Assembly: GCA_012295275.1 (NCBI GenBank) | Contig: CM022673.1 | Location: 16,058,001-16,122,000, forward strand | DNA length: 64,000 bases | Origin: Chrysomallon squamiferum | Lineage: Eukaryota > Animalia > Mollusca | Direction of reading: 5' to 3' | Part shown: positions 1 through 13,300 of the stretch, in pieces | Layout of the letters: every line of letters starts with the position of its first letter | How positions within the stretch are numbered: the stretch's first letter is position 1 | Program-made: the position numbers and the translations under genes | The notes under the pieces: generated by a model | Databases searched by the model: none | The model's input: the letters and a program-made list of their open reading frames with translations, nothing else | What the model was told of the DNA's origin: nothing

Positions 1-2543
1 TGAATATAAACACCAGTTTGTTTGATGTGTACCAAAACAATACATAAATCAATACTGAATACTAAATTCCTGCATGATATGTAAAACTAGTTATGATAAA
101 AATTATTGATATGCAAGCAGCAGATGGACATATAAAATGAAACCAGTATAGAAATATTTCACATCATAATGCTGTGAATAGAGACAATAGTTTTTGGAGA
201 ATGATTTTGAATTGTGTTTAAACTAAATTAAGCAAAGTCAGGATTTATGTCAGAAGGTCAATAGTCTATCCTTACACTGTACTGGGTTTGGATAAAAAAA
301 AATTAAAAATGGACAAAAAACATATATATTAAATTTATTTCCCCCCCCTTATGGTATTTTCATCTGCATGTTAATGAATTCCATAAAATATCCAACCATA
401 TATCAAGGGGTTAGAGCCAGGAGGTCTTAAGTGCATATAAATACATGAGCACTTAAGATCTTCTGGCTATAACCACTCAAATTATGTATGCTCTATAATA
501 TACCAATTCACATACTTCTAATAAAGAATAACAGACTTGTAATAAATGCAGCATGTGTACTAAAATTGAATAATTTTACCAATGTATGAAACAGTATCAC
601 ATTATTCTAATTTATTTTTAAAAGTTATAGTAATGAAAAAAAAAGTAAAGAAAAGCATGAATGACACAGATATATCAGTTTAGGGATCTTTTATCAACAG
701 CACATTCATTAATGTTTATCTTTTTCTCCCACCCTCCCATATCACAGATGTCACACCAGTATGAATTGTATTGTATTTTTTTTTAAGTAAAAAACCAAAA
801 CACATTTCTAACATAACTATCTATCAAAAGATTTTTTTGAGGGGCTGAAATCATTTTTTTGAATTACAATAAATATGAATAATAAATGTAGGAATTATGC
901 AGGTAACCGAAGCAAACTGAAAAGGTAACTTAAAAAAAGTGGTAGAGACTATTTCATAAACAAAATTATATAGAGCATAACAAAATATGAATAATGTATT
1001 GCATTTGTATTCAAACAAAGCTTTATGTGGGTGGTTGTTGTTTTTATTGTTTCTGGAAAATATATAATGTAGTAAATTGACAGTGAACTTTTTATGTAAA
1101 ACAAAACATAATAAAATAAATAAATCAATAACAAACCCAACTCATTGAAAGTGATTTGTTGTTTTGTTGTCTTTTTGATGGAAAACAAATTTAGTTTTTG
1201 TTTTTACTTTAATAAAATACTTCTGCATTTATGTAATTTAATAAACTGTGTATTTACCATTATTTTATCAATTTATTTAGCACTGCTTTATATGCTTTAA
1301 ATAAAAAATACTAAAAAGATGTATTAAATATCAACAAAATGCACTAGATTTCAAATTGCTACTTTAGCATAGCAATCTAACTGTTTTACTCCAATTACAA
1401 ATTCTGTTTTGCAGACTTAAATTTTTCATTCAGAAATTGGAATGTTTTAGATGTATGAATCAGTTTTAATTATTTTTTTTCTTTATGTTGAATATACATA
1501 TACAAATATTCAAAATATCTGTTACTGTAAAATGGATATCTTTTAATTATTTTTTATTTTATCAATGCAGTTAAGTGAATGTAAGTGGATTCTATAATAA
1601 TTTAACTAACTTAGGTGGATCCTTGGTATAAAAATTTTAGTTTTTTAATATTTATTTTTCAAAACAAACACAAACAGAAGTAAAGATGAACAATGAAACA
1701 TGAAAAAGCAACATATAAAGCTCAACATTTTGGTCAAAGTTTAAAAAGAAAAACAGCTGTATCTGTCACCAATAAACTGAATAATACAGAACAGAATAAA
1801 ATAAAATAAAATAAAATTTCAAAAGGAATGATAATAATAAACAAAACCAACAAACCAGTGTTGGAGAAATCTAAAAAGATTCTATCTAATTTTGTTTAGA
1901 CATATTTAATCATTCTTAAATACATTTTCATTCCTAAAAATACAAGGGCTACAAATAATTTATTCTACATGTTTTTTTGTTGGGTTTTTTTGTTTTGTTC
2001 CTACAAGTGGGATTTTTTTTTTTTTCTTGCTCTCTAAGTATTTAAAATCATTAGGTTTCTGAATACAGTACTTTGCCAATATGGCAAACAAATCCTATAT
2101 AAACCTCTGTATGACTGAACTAATAAACACAAAATGTGTTGAGTTTATGTACTAAATGATTCAAATGATGTTTCAATATTTCTCTGAGCTACTTAGCAGT
2201 TTCCCGAATTATGGCACTGACAAAATTAATTATTAAATGAATATATGATATAAATACCTCTTTTAAAATATTTCACGTGACAGAATATTCTCTAAAGGAT
2301 ATAGATATGAAAATCTATATATGTAATAAACAGATAAATTAATTCTTCCCCTTTCTGTTTGACAGGTACTTAAAAGAAATAGCCAAATGAATAGTGTCTT
2401 TTTTTCAATATTAACTTTAACAGAAATCATTACTGTTCAGTTAACTGTAACAACAAAATGTTTAATACTGACCGTAAAAGACATTAGTTGATATTATACT
2501 GACGTGTACCTAAATATATGGGTTCGTATAAGAGTGGGGCTAG

Positions 2544-3726
2544 TCACCTGGATCTGGCTCTGCGATTTTTCCACACATCAGAACAGTCTCGTGAGAAATG
2601 ACCTTTCTCACCACACTGGTAACATCGGAGGTTGGGGTCAAACCCACGACGACGGTTACCTCGGGTACGAGGTCGTGCAAATGAAACTCTAACTCGTCCA
2701 CCAGAAAGAATTCTGTGATCAGAAGAAAAAATATTTTTAAATTACAGTAACTCAAATATTAAACAAAATTAATAATAATAAAAATAAAACCCTTTCCATT
2801 TGAAAAAAAACCCACCAAAACCCCCAAAGATTATTATATTTAAGTCAACAATTTAGAATCTATTAGAAATGGTTTAGATTTCTTTAAAATTTTCAAGTTA
2901 ACTATAAATATTAACTGCAAATATAACTTAACTAATCTGTGCACAAAATCAATTTTATAACTGTAAAAAAAAAAAAAAAAAATTTAAAATTTAAAGTAAA
3001 TGACATTTAATTTATATTATGATGAATTTAAATACATAAACAATTTTTTTTTCAATTCATATTCAAGGTTATAGTGGTAGACTAGCTGCAGACACTATAG
3101 AAAGTTAAAAGAAGCAAGTATTTTTTGCTACATTAAATTTTATTTATATTTTCAGATTCTAAATTTATAGATCCTTAAAATACAGTTTACTGCTCTAAGC
3201 CCTTAAATTTTCAGTTAACAATACTTTTAATTAACTTTCTGTAACAACTCAATTTTAATACAAAGAGAATTTAAATCATTTCGTTGCTTATATTTGCAAC
3301 AGACATATCAGTGTAATTAAAGAATTATTAAAGACTGAAAATGCCAGTCATAAAAGCCCTGTTGAACCAAGTTGCATATGATTATGAATCTTTTTGCATC
3401 TTAAATAATCCAGAAACTGACTTCTTCAAACATTCTTAGCCAATTGGTACAAAAAATCCTTCTTACTTTCCATCCATTTCTCTGATGGCTTCTTCAGCTT
3501 CTTCTCTATATTTGTATTTTATGAAAGCAAAGCATGGTGGATTTCTTGCTAACCAGAAATCTCGGATCTTTCCAAATTTCTCAAAGACATTAGTTATTTC
3601 ATTCTTCGATGGATCAATGCCAAGGTCGGCTATATGTATACGAAATTCAACCGGGCTTGGACTGCGACTGTAACTCCTGCTGTAACTTCGCCGTCTGTCA
3701 CGAGATCTGCTTCGATAGCGACCCAT
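2544..3726 (-). CDS. SRSF7/9G8-like SR protein paralog (N-terminal RS tract, RRM, CCHC zinc knuckle); at least 142 aa
   Basis: Exon 3726-3467 encodes MGRYRSRSRDRRRSYSRSYSRSPSP plus an RRM (IHIADL, ARNPPCFAFIKY) and ends at donor AA|GTAAGA. Exon 2712-2548/2544 follows acceptor CACAG and encodes KILSGGRVRVSFARP...CYQCGEKGHFSRDC...RARSR. It ends either at an in-frame TGA (2546-2544) or at donor AG|GTGACT, leading to an exon I could not find in 1-2470. The 5'UTR acceptor TTGTAG puts the exon start at 3762. Confidence 0.9.
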
Positions 3727-6689
3727 TTTGTTTTGATTTAATCAGCTGTTTCAATTTAGAACCTACAAAATAAGATGTTTTAAATGTTTAAACTTTAAGC
3801 AGAAAATTGTAACATCACAAAGAGCCAGTTAATTTTTTAAATAAATAAAAAATTTAAATTCTTCTAAGCAGATATATGAGCAAAACTATTAAGAAAATAA
3901 AAATTTTAATACATTTAAAACAAACCAAGACACAAAATATTAAGGCCAACTGAGAAAAAAATCCAGATTTTTTAATAGTTACTATAAAGAACAAACTGCT
4001 ACTGTTAGATATAACACTATTAACACATTCCACCATTTCAATCTATGCTGTATTAGTATGTACATTTACAAAATTTCTTATTTCATTATTGTTCATTTGT
4101 ATTAAAAGAAATATATGGTTCCAATAAAGTATTTTTGCCCTGTGCTTACCTACAATGTATATATATTTAATGAAAACAGACAAGCAACAGTTGGTTTATG
4201 TAATGATTATGTATGGAAATACATCTGTCATATTAAAAAGCAAATGTCATATGGGTATATTTTTGAATGAAGTTTTTTGTTGCAATATCTGTTAATATCA
4301 ATATTTATATAACAGTAAAATAATATGAATATACATAGGAATGATGTAATTCAAAATAAAATTACAAGCTAAAACAATATCTGAACTATTTTTATATGTA
4401 TAAATTTCATGAGTATATCAATATTAATCTATTTAAAGATCAATGGAATTATGCAATCTCATTTTTGACTATATGTACAATTTTATAATAACAAATGCTT
4501 ATTTAACTGCTTGCACTGACAACAATAAATCATAATGGAATAAGTAATACACTTGTACCAATTAATTTCACTTTCAATCATTATTTTAAAAAAAAAAAAG
4601 GTTAGAAGATGATGAGTATTTATAATAAATTTTACTGTTTTGTAGGATTATTTTGCCAAAGGTAAAAGGAAAATATGTGCTTCACACAATTTTTAAATTA
4701 AAATGTGAATGGTTTAATACATTATAAAGTCAAATAGGTTAAACCTACTTTGGCATGCTATCTACTCAATCAAGTGATCTACATCTAGCAGAATCTACAC
4801 ATTAATTTTATTTTTATTTTTTTTTTTCCACAGTATAAATGAAACAAATTTTCCTTTTTTTATACATTTCTTGTCAGCTGCAGGTTTTGCAACATAAAAT
4901 TAGAAGCATTTCGTCATATTTCCGTCTTCTTCAAGCTTCCTTAATTTCTCCACCACAATGTGACCTTTTCTTCATAAAAATGCAACAGTCTTCATCATGT
5001 TGCTGACTATATTGCAAAAATCTTTAGCCAACATCTTAAGGGTTTGCCTTTTTAATTCATTTCTGATCCAAGCTAGGTCAAATCTGTTGCATTACTTTAC
5101 CTGCCTGCTATGAACTGACATTTCCTGTTAAAGAAATATAATTATCTTTCTCGTCACGCTCTTATCTTACAGAAATTTCCTAGATATTCCTTCTTGCTGT
5201 AGTTTGCCATTTAAGTTGTAGATCACACACTACAGTAGTTTCATGAAACATAGATCATATGCCAAAGTAGCAATAGTAATAATAAAATATGCATTTTTCT
5301 GCACCATAAGATGGCTACAAGTCTGTAACTTCTTGAATTTCTTCAAAAAAATAAATCAGGTTTTTGAGAAGATCTGAGCAACTTATTGTTCATCTTCTAC
5401 AGTTTTTCTTAGTAATATATTTTGTGAAAGGTTTGCAGTTTTTAATTTATTTTCTTTCAAACTTGTTTTAGAGTTCCACTCTATCTCAGCCTGTATTATT
5501 ATTTGTAGTAATACCATAATGAAATAATTTTTATATAACTTACTGAACAAAATAATTTTAAATCATCATCATCATCATCATCATCATTATTTAACATCAG
5601 TTTTGCTACTGTGTTATTTAGAATAGAGGATGTTATTTCTAAGATTTTGACATGTTTTGTCAAATTTGAAAAGTTATCCGTTTTCCAGTTAAAAAGGCAG
5701 TATTCAACACAATGTCATTGTATACATAAAGCTTAGAATATTCCATTACTTCACTGCTGCAGATTTCATTTTAAAAACAAAAAAGAACACATCCTGTCAT
5801 AATTATTATATATAATACCAGTATTGCAAAACAGGAAATGACTAATATGACTGAAATATTTTGACAGAACAGACATTAAAAAACATAAGAAACAAGAAGC
5901 AGATTTTTAAATAAACAGCATGTTAATGCATCCACCTCATATTAATAAATACTATCAGTAAATCACAATTACAATAGTTAATGACAGTCATTTACATTTC
6001 AGCCAATAACTATGCAAAATCAGATGTGTTTAACATATTTTAACTTGGCTTACAAGCAACCTACAACATCATGATTTGCATGGAAATAAATATAAGGATT
6101 TGCTCTTTAACTGGGTGTGATCATGAGATTTTGATTTTCAGTGAATTTGTTATCCGAATTTGAAAATGGGAAATTTTAAACCAGCTAGCAGTACACACTT
6201 TTTCAAGCTCAACAGAAAAAAAAAATTAAACCCAACTTCTGCAGTTTCTGGCACTGGAAGTAGGTTTGCTGAGTAGCTAATAAAATTAACTTTCTAATGA
6301 TATGTGACAAAGCAGAATAAAAGAAGAATTACTATCTTTTTCTTGAAAATTAGCTTCAGACTTAAATTACAATATATTGCAATGAATTTATGCCAATATT
6401 TCTAGTATCATTCAAAAGCTGTTCAGTTTCCTTTTGAATCATATTTTAAACTAAGCATAAGGATCACTGGCGCAGTGGCTTTTCCGAATATAACAACTAC
6501 TACCACTGACCAGTTTTTGTGTTCAAAATGGCACTGAGCATGCAGTACACTTTTTGGGGAGAATTTGGTCTTGTTTCTTGATTGAATTCAGCACCATCTT
6601 AGTAACTCAGTTATTATGTCATTTAATCAATATTTCTTATAAACTTATTCAAGAATTCATTCGATTTTTATTGAATTATATTTTATATA

Positions 6690-7424
6690 CAGTGGTACCT
6701 TGACTTATGGGTGCCCCAATTTACAAGCAGTCAATTTTTTTGCTTTGAGTTGTGAGCCAAACTCTGAGTTACAAACAATCTTCAGATACGCTGCTGCTAG
6801 TTGGCACAACAAACAACACAATATCCAGCCAGCATCCTGCATTTCACTCGTTCACTTCACATGCTTACCTCGCCACGGAAGCATCCCTGTTGTGTTGCAT
6901 TCGCGATTTAAGCAGTATTTTGCCAAATCTCTTTTTTCTGACCATGGATCGTAAGAAAATGAGTGCAAAGGACAGTGCTGAGAAGAAAAATCAGATGATG
7001 TCCATTGAATTAAAGCATGAAATCATAAATGAAATGACATGAACGAGGTGTGCATGCAGACAATTTGGCTAGTCAGTACGAGCATAGTACCACAATGAAG
7101 CAGAAAGAGTTGATAAAGGTTGTAACTCCAGCCAAAGGTGTTAAAATAATTTGTCTGATCTCCAAGATAAATACACTTTTCAAAACCAATTAATTTTTTT
7201 ATGCTTTCCTTTTTTTTGTTTTTTATACAATATTTGTCATTTATAAATACATTTTTCTAATTTAAAAACACGTTACAAAAAAAATGAAGTGGTTTTGGGG
7301 GACTGGAACAGATTAATGGTGTTTCAATTAATTTCCGTTGGGAAAACTGATTTGATATATGAGAAGATTTAAGTTACGTGCTCGGTCACGAAACGAATTA
7401 AACTCATAAGTCAAGGCACCACTG
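6690..7424 (+). mobile_element. Non-autonomous Tigger/pogo (Tc1-mariner superfamily) deletion derivative, 735 bp
   Basis: TA-flanked terminal inverted repeats CAGTGGTACCTTGACTTATG ... CATAAGTCAAGGCACCACTG. Internal frameshifted remnant of a Tigger-type transposase N-terminal HTH region (MMSIELKHEII / HERGVHADNLASQYEHSTT / KQKELIKVVTPAKGVKII) at ~6944-7150. No DDE domain. Confidence 0.88.
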
Positions 7425-8503
7425 TATATTCCACTTTAAAAGAAATACTTCAGTTGCTTTTTACTGCAGAGTCTATTGTGGTACCAAGAATGATAGTCTT
7501 TTACACATCATCTTCTATATTTTTCAGGAATAAAAAATATGCCTAAAATTTTAAAATGTGGGTTTTTTGGCAGTTTAGCTTCTGAACTTCAGGGTGGTTT
7601 CCAGCTATCAAGCTAACTTCCCTTGGTACTTGAAAATCAAACTATAGCTCCAATTTAGCTTTTCAGTTATGTCCATTCATGTGTTTTACCATGTGGTGAT
7701 TAACAGTTTATATCCATCCATTCAAGTATTTTTGACTTTTCCGTATGACTGAAGTATTGTTATCATCAAACAGAACACAAAGATCAATGTCAAAAAAATT
7801 ACAGGTGCTGTCTAAATGGAGGTAGTTTCAGACTTTAAAATTCCACACAACATTGATTTAATAGTTTGTATTAAATAGTTCTATTTAACTGACGATAAAT
7901 AATAAATTGCCTACATATAATTATAAGAAACATTTATATTAATGAAGTTGTACAATTACAATACAGATACTGGATGAAAAAAATTTATTATCAATTTAAT
8001 CTGTCTTGTGCATATTTTATTTGCATCTACTTCGTTTACTTGAATTTACATCCCTAAATGGATAATCAAGAAGAAAATAATACTAAAACAAATAAAATAA
8101 AATAAAATAAAAGCATTTAGTCACTAGTAACTAAAACTAAGGCTGTTTGTTTGTACATTCTAAAGATTGGAATTATTATGTCTTTATTTATAATATTCAT
8201 TAAAATAAGCATTATGTGGGAAAAGTAAATAAATAAAGATAAAAATAAAAATATTTTCCAAATAATCGACTAAACAGAAACTTTAATAGTTAACTGTGGT
8301 ACGAGACCGCAATTTTGCTGCAGACTCCGCTTTTCAGACGAAATAAAATTGCATCTTTTGAAAATCCAAGTAATTCACTAATATTAATAAATATCAAACT
8401 GTTTATGTTACACAGCATTATCACTGACTTGAGTATTATGATATGATATATTAAGATGCCAATTATTAATGCATAATTTGCTAATGTTTTACGTGTGGCT
8501 TAC

Positions 8504-9125
8504 CAACGAACAGACCGCCCCCTACACGGTATCAGTACGCCATCTTCTTACTTTTCTTTTGTAGTATTTTCGTCCTAGCTCCAGCATGCACTATAAAACA
8601 AGTTTTCTAAGGGAAAAAAACCCCACCCAAATCTTGTCTCTACAGTAAAAATTAATAGTAAAAGCTGTAAAATTACCTTGAGGTATGAACTTGATCTAAG
8701 TAATAAAATAAACATTAATTCATGTATGTACATACCGTTTTGTTAACACTGCATATTCAGCCTTGCAGGGTAATTGTGTTCTACGACACAAAAATACTTA
8801 AAATAACAAATGAATTTTAAACTAAATTTAATTTACTCATTTATTTATTATGTGTACAAGACATTTTTAACTAGCATTTATTTATTCAATATGTTTACAA
8901 GACACTTTCACCTAGCATTTATTTAATATTTATTTTATTGAATATGCTACTTGCTAGTAATCATTAATGGAATAAATGTTGCATTATTATAAAAACAGGC
9001 AAACTACGTTCCAGCCAGATAATATAGCAAATGTATATTTGTTTGTTTGTTCATTTTTGTTCTTTGTTTACGTGTTATTTTTTTTCTTGGTTGGTTGGTC
9101 GGTTGGGTTTTTAGGGGGGTGTTTA

Positions 9126-9211
<86 letters not shown>

Positions 9212-9847
9212 AACGTAATTTTGGTCAGCCTCCATGTAATTCAAGTTTTTCTCTACAGATTGTTTTTATATATAAGTATAGGCTGTCGAATTTTCGGAAT
9301 CACATAAAATAATGCTTAGCCTATAATAATTTATATGTGGTAACATGTTATACAGTTTATATAAAACATTTTTTTATTATTATTATTAAAAATTAATGTA
9401 TTTTAATGCTATTAAAAGGCGTTTATTGCATGATTCTGAAAACTGATCTATCGACAGCTGCAACAATATATGTAAATGCTGGTTTTCGGCGCTTGTTGAA
9501 CAAGCAAAAATTAAACTATTTTATATAAGTTCTATTATTAATTACTGTCTAGCAAAATTATATCTTAAAACACTTTTTTAACTGAGTTATGTAGTTTTTC
9601 TTCTTTTTTTGTATTATTATTATTTATTTATTTTGTTTATATATATATATATATATATATTTGTAATTATGTATGTATGTTATTTTTGTTATCATATGAA
9701 TAAGGGGATTGAAATGTTATGGACAAAACAATTTTGGGTTCGAAACGGAATAAACACATTTTCCGTTTCTGCGCAGCAAGCACAGAAATCTTGTTCGGGC
9801 ACGCCGCAAAACGCCATATTGTTTTTGTGTTAGAAGAGACAAGGCGG
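8504..9847. promoter_or_regulatory. Divergent promoter region and candidate non-coding first exons of the two SR genes
   Basis: CpG-containing patches at ~8300-8570 and ~9740-9870. Minus-strand donor TTG|GTAAGC at 8503 and plus-strand donor CGG|GTAAAA at 9848. YY1-type CGCCATNTT motifs at 8538-8546, 9812-9820 and 10016-10024. (CT)n tract in between. Confidence 0.55.
9128..9207. repeat. (CT)n microsatellite
   Basis: About 40 perfect CT units. Confidence 0.95.
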
Positions 9848-10360
9848 GTAAAACGTTTGTAAAATATCGAAATAATTTTATCTTTTATGCAATGGGCAGT
9901 TGTAATATTACTATAGTTTTGTTTCTGTATTTGAAAGAGTTCGTTAGTTAAAAGTGAAATCATTTTTATTCTGTTATTTTTCACGTTCAATTATTTTCTT
10001 TTTCCTGAGGTTGATCGCCATTTTTCTTTTCCTTTCTTTCAAGTTTTATTGAAAAAGTTAAGAAATTATTCATATATATGTGTACATACATACATAGACA
10101 CACACAAACTCTCTCATAACATGAAAGATGTTAAAAGTGGAATTTCATAAATTTGCCTGCTCAGATGCTATTTAAAATTTTATTTTTCTCCATATTTTTC
10201 CCGTTTCGACTTCAGTGTGATAATCGAGGTAAAAAGTGTAAAGATTGAGTTGTTTATTAAATACAGTATAGAATATCATTTTAATTTAAAAAGTAAATAT
10301 TGTATACACATATGAAATTGACAAAAGAAATAAATATTTTACGGTTTTTGTTACTTCAGA

Positions 10361-13300
10361 ATGTCTAGTAGGTACAGAGATAGTGGTCTTGATGTCAAGG
10401 TGTATGTTGGAGATTTGCCCAGAGAAGCATCAGAGAAGGAATTAGAACGTCATTTTAGTTACTATGGTCGCCTGAGAAGTGTGTGGGTTGCCAGAAACCC
10501 TCCAGGATTTGCATTCATCGAATTTGAAGACCACAGAGATGCAGATGATGCAGTTAGAGCATTGGATGGAGGGTAAGTGCTTTAATAAAGTATTTTAAAA
10601 TCTTATTCACACATAATTTTGAAAAGACAGATGTCATTATTTCTACATTTGAGTATTATTTTTTTTATTTTTTTTACTTAGGACCATTTGTGGTGCACGA
10701 GTACGAGTTGAGCACTCAAATGGTAAAGTTAGACCAAAGCCATGGCAGAGAGGTGGTGGTGGTGGACGCATGGACCGAGGACCACCTAGAAGCCGAAAAG
10801 CATTTCACCCTGATGATAAATGTTACGAATGTGGAGAAAGAGGACATTATGCATATGACTGCTATCGACTGAGCAGAAGACGAAAGCGATCAAGGTTCAG
10901 ATCATGTTTATTTACTTTTTCAAAACTGTTTTCCTGTATAAAACTTTGTAGTCAGTATGAAGATTATATTTTAATTGAACAAAATTTGTTTAATTCATGG
11001 TTCCAGCAGACCAGTATATTTAAACAAATTTATTTGGTATTCTTGGATTTTTATGAAGCAGTTTTAAACATTCCATTTTTCACTGCTGTTGCTGATTTTC
11101 ATTTAAAAATCCAAACTAATTTTACTGAATGCTTATTTGGTATTTGATCTTTATTCTTAATTTGTATTTACAATTAATGTAGAAGACACTTTAAATTATC
11201 CTGTTTTATCTTGTATCATATAAAGGCATAAAATATTGGTCACAGATTGGCAATATTGTTAAAATTATTTAATTTACTGTCTTTGAGCAGCACAGACCAG
11301 TAACTGGTCCTTACAGTTTGTAATTAAAACATTCTGATCATGCATTACTGTAAATTCAGTGTATATGTATTCATATGTTGGCACTATAGTCATTCACTTA
11401 ATGCTGCAGAGAACTTGATACTTGTTGACAATCCATTATCCAAAATCTGAAAAGAATATTTCATATCTGTATCAATTTTTAGTGAAGATTTTACTCACAA
11501 ATCAGGTAAACTTTCACCCCAAAAGTTTAAGGGAACGTCAACTTGTATTACTTCTTCTAATGTTAAATAGTGCTACAAAAAATTTATGAATTTTGAGTGG
11601 AAAGACAAGTGCTGTATTTAAGGTAAGGCTTTCTCAACTATGCTGTTATTTGCTGAGACTGAGATGGTGAGGTTGATGGGCTAAATTATAAGGTGTAGAT
11701 ATTTTGTAGGATTTTAGTATGTATAAATAGCACATTAAATTATAATAATAAGCCAGTTTAAAGCTACAAAAAATAAAAAATTATTCTTTTAAACAAAATT
11801 AAAACTTTATACTCTCAGTATTACTTGACTCTTTTTCTGTGCCCTGCATTGCAGACTTTAACATCATTAGATAGAGACGAGACAACTCCTCGCGACAGAC
11901 TTGCAGTTGCATCCGCGACCCCAGATTACATGAATATCTTCACTACTCTTTTCACACTACTGCTTGATACATTGATCTAAACCAGCCTTTTGGCTGTCAT
12001 CAGATATCGGCAATAACTGCACGAATTTAGCCATCCACCATCTTTACTTCAAACGCTTCCATCTGCCGAATTTGACATAGACACCCCTTGACACAACAGA
12101 TTTTCGATCTTCACATAAACCATCCATCAGGTTTAAGATCGCCTTCTTGGTTGTCGTCTGATTTTGATCAGCACTTGTTGAGAATGACCGACAATGAAAA
12201 AAAATACGACTTGAAAATAAATCTGCAAATATTATCAACCCTAAACTGAGAATGAGCCATTGTTACTGAAAGGCATCCGTCACATTTAGATGGGATCGGC
12301 ATCATTTCGTCATTGTTTGTTCTCTGAACGAATGTTGATAGAGATGACCAGCCGTTTTGTTGCGTTTCTCATCACATCAGTTTGTGTAAGTCTTGAAGAG
12401 GTCTTGTCTTCTATCAGTAGGGTGTCTGTGGTTTTTATTCTAAGTTTGTGTAAAATTAACATTAAACTGATAAAAAAAATAATAGCATCAAATCCAAATA
12501 AAAAATAATCCACAATTTCAGAACTTTCAATATAAATATTAGGCATTTAAGTATAACAACTTTTTATCTTTTAACAGAAGGTAAATCATTTTTACAGCTT
12601 TGATGTAATAGCAATCAGTACAAATTTAAAAAAAAATTCTTTTAAGGAAAAGTTTTATTTTAAATTTAAACAAAAAAAATGGTGGCAAATGTATGTCAGA
12701 AAACAGTCAATCTTTTTGTCATGTTTGTTCAATATTTAAAAATGGAAAAGGGGTTACACAAAAGATTTGGATATAACATTTTCTAAAACAGCCAGGCAGG
12801 GAAGTACTGAAAAGGTTTTGCAGAAATGTTCAAATAGGTTCCAGCTAAAATACTTTAACAATGAATCTTTCTGAAAGGCCAATTTCTTGTAAAAAGTTAA
12901 TTGCTTTTTAATAAACAAAAAATAATAATAATAAAAAAAAAAAAAAAAAAAAGGTAATGATTACAACATCCACAGGCACACTTCTGAAATTATGTCAGGT
13001 AACAGCAAATTGGAGAATATTGGCCCCAATCCTTTGCTGAATTATTGGGTTTCAAAATGCATTTTTAAAAATTATGATTATCCTTAACATGTTTAACTGC
13101 ATTAACTAACACAGTACCAGTAATGAATTTAATAATCAGTACTTTGCTGTTGATGACACTGTTTTCATGTCTCTTAAATTCATTTATATATTTTCTCTTC
13201 ATCTTTTTTTTTTTTCTTTACATCTGGGATTTGTTCTCTTAACCAACAGCTCACACCATTGATAACAAATATTTTTTCAGTGGCCCAACATAACCAAATG

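Noticed and set aside
12290-12508. ORF starting in the poison exon as a split-ORF encoding the RS domain, as described for mammalian SRSF7
   Set aside because: ATGs at 12290, 12332 and 12344 leave the exon in phase 0 and read GTC TAG in the RS exon. The RS frame has a TGA at 12345 and no later ATG, so the mechanism is not supported here.
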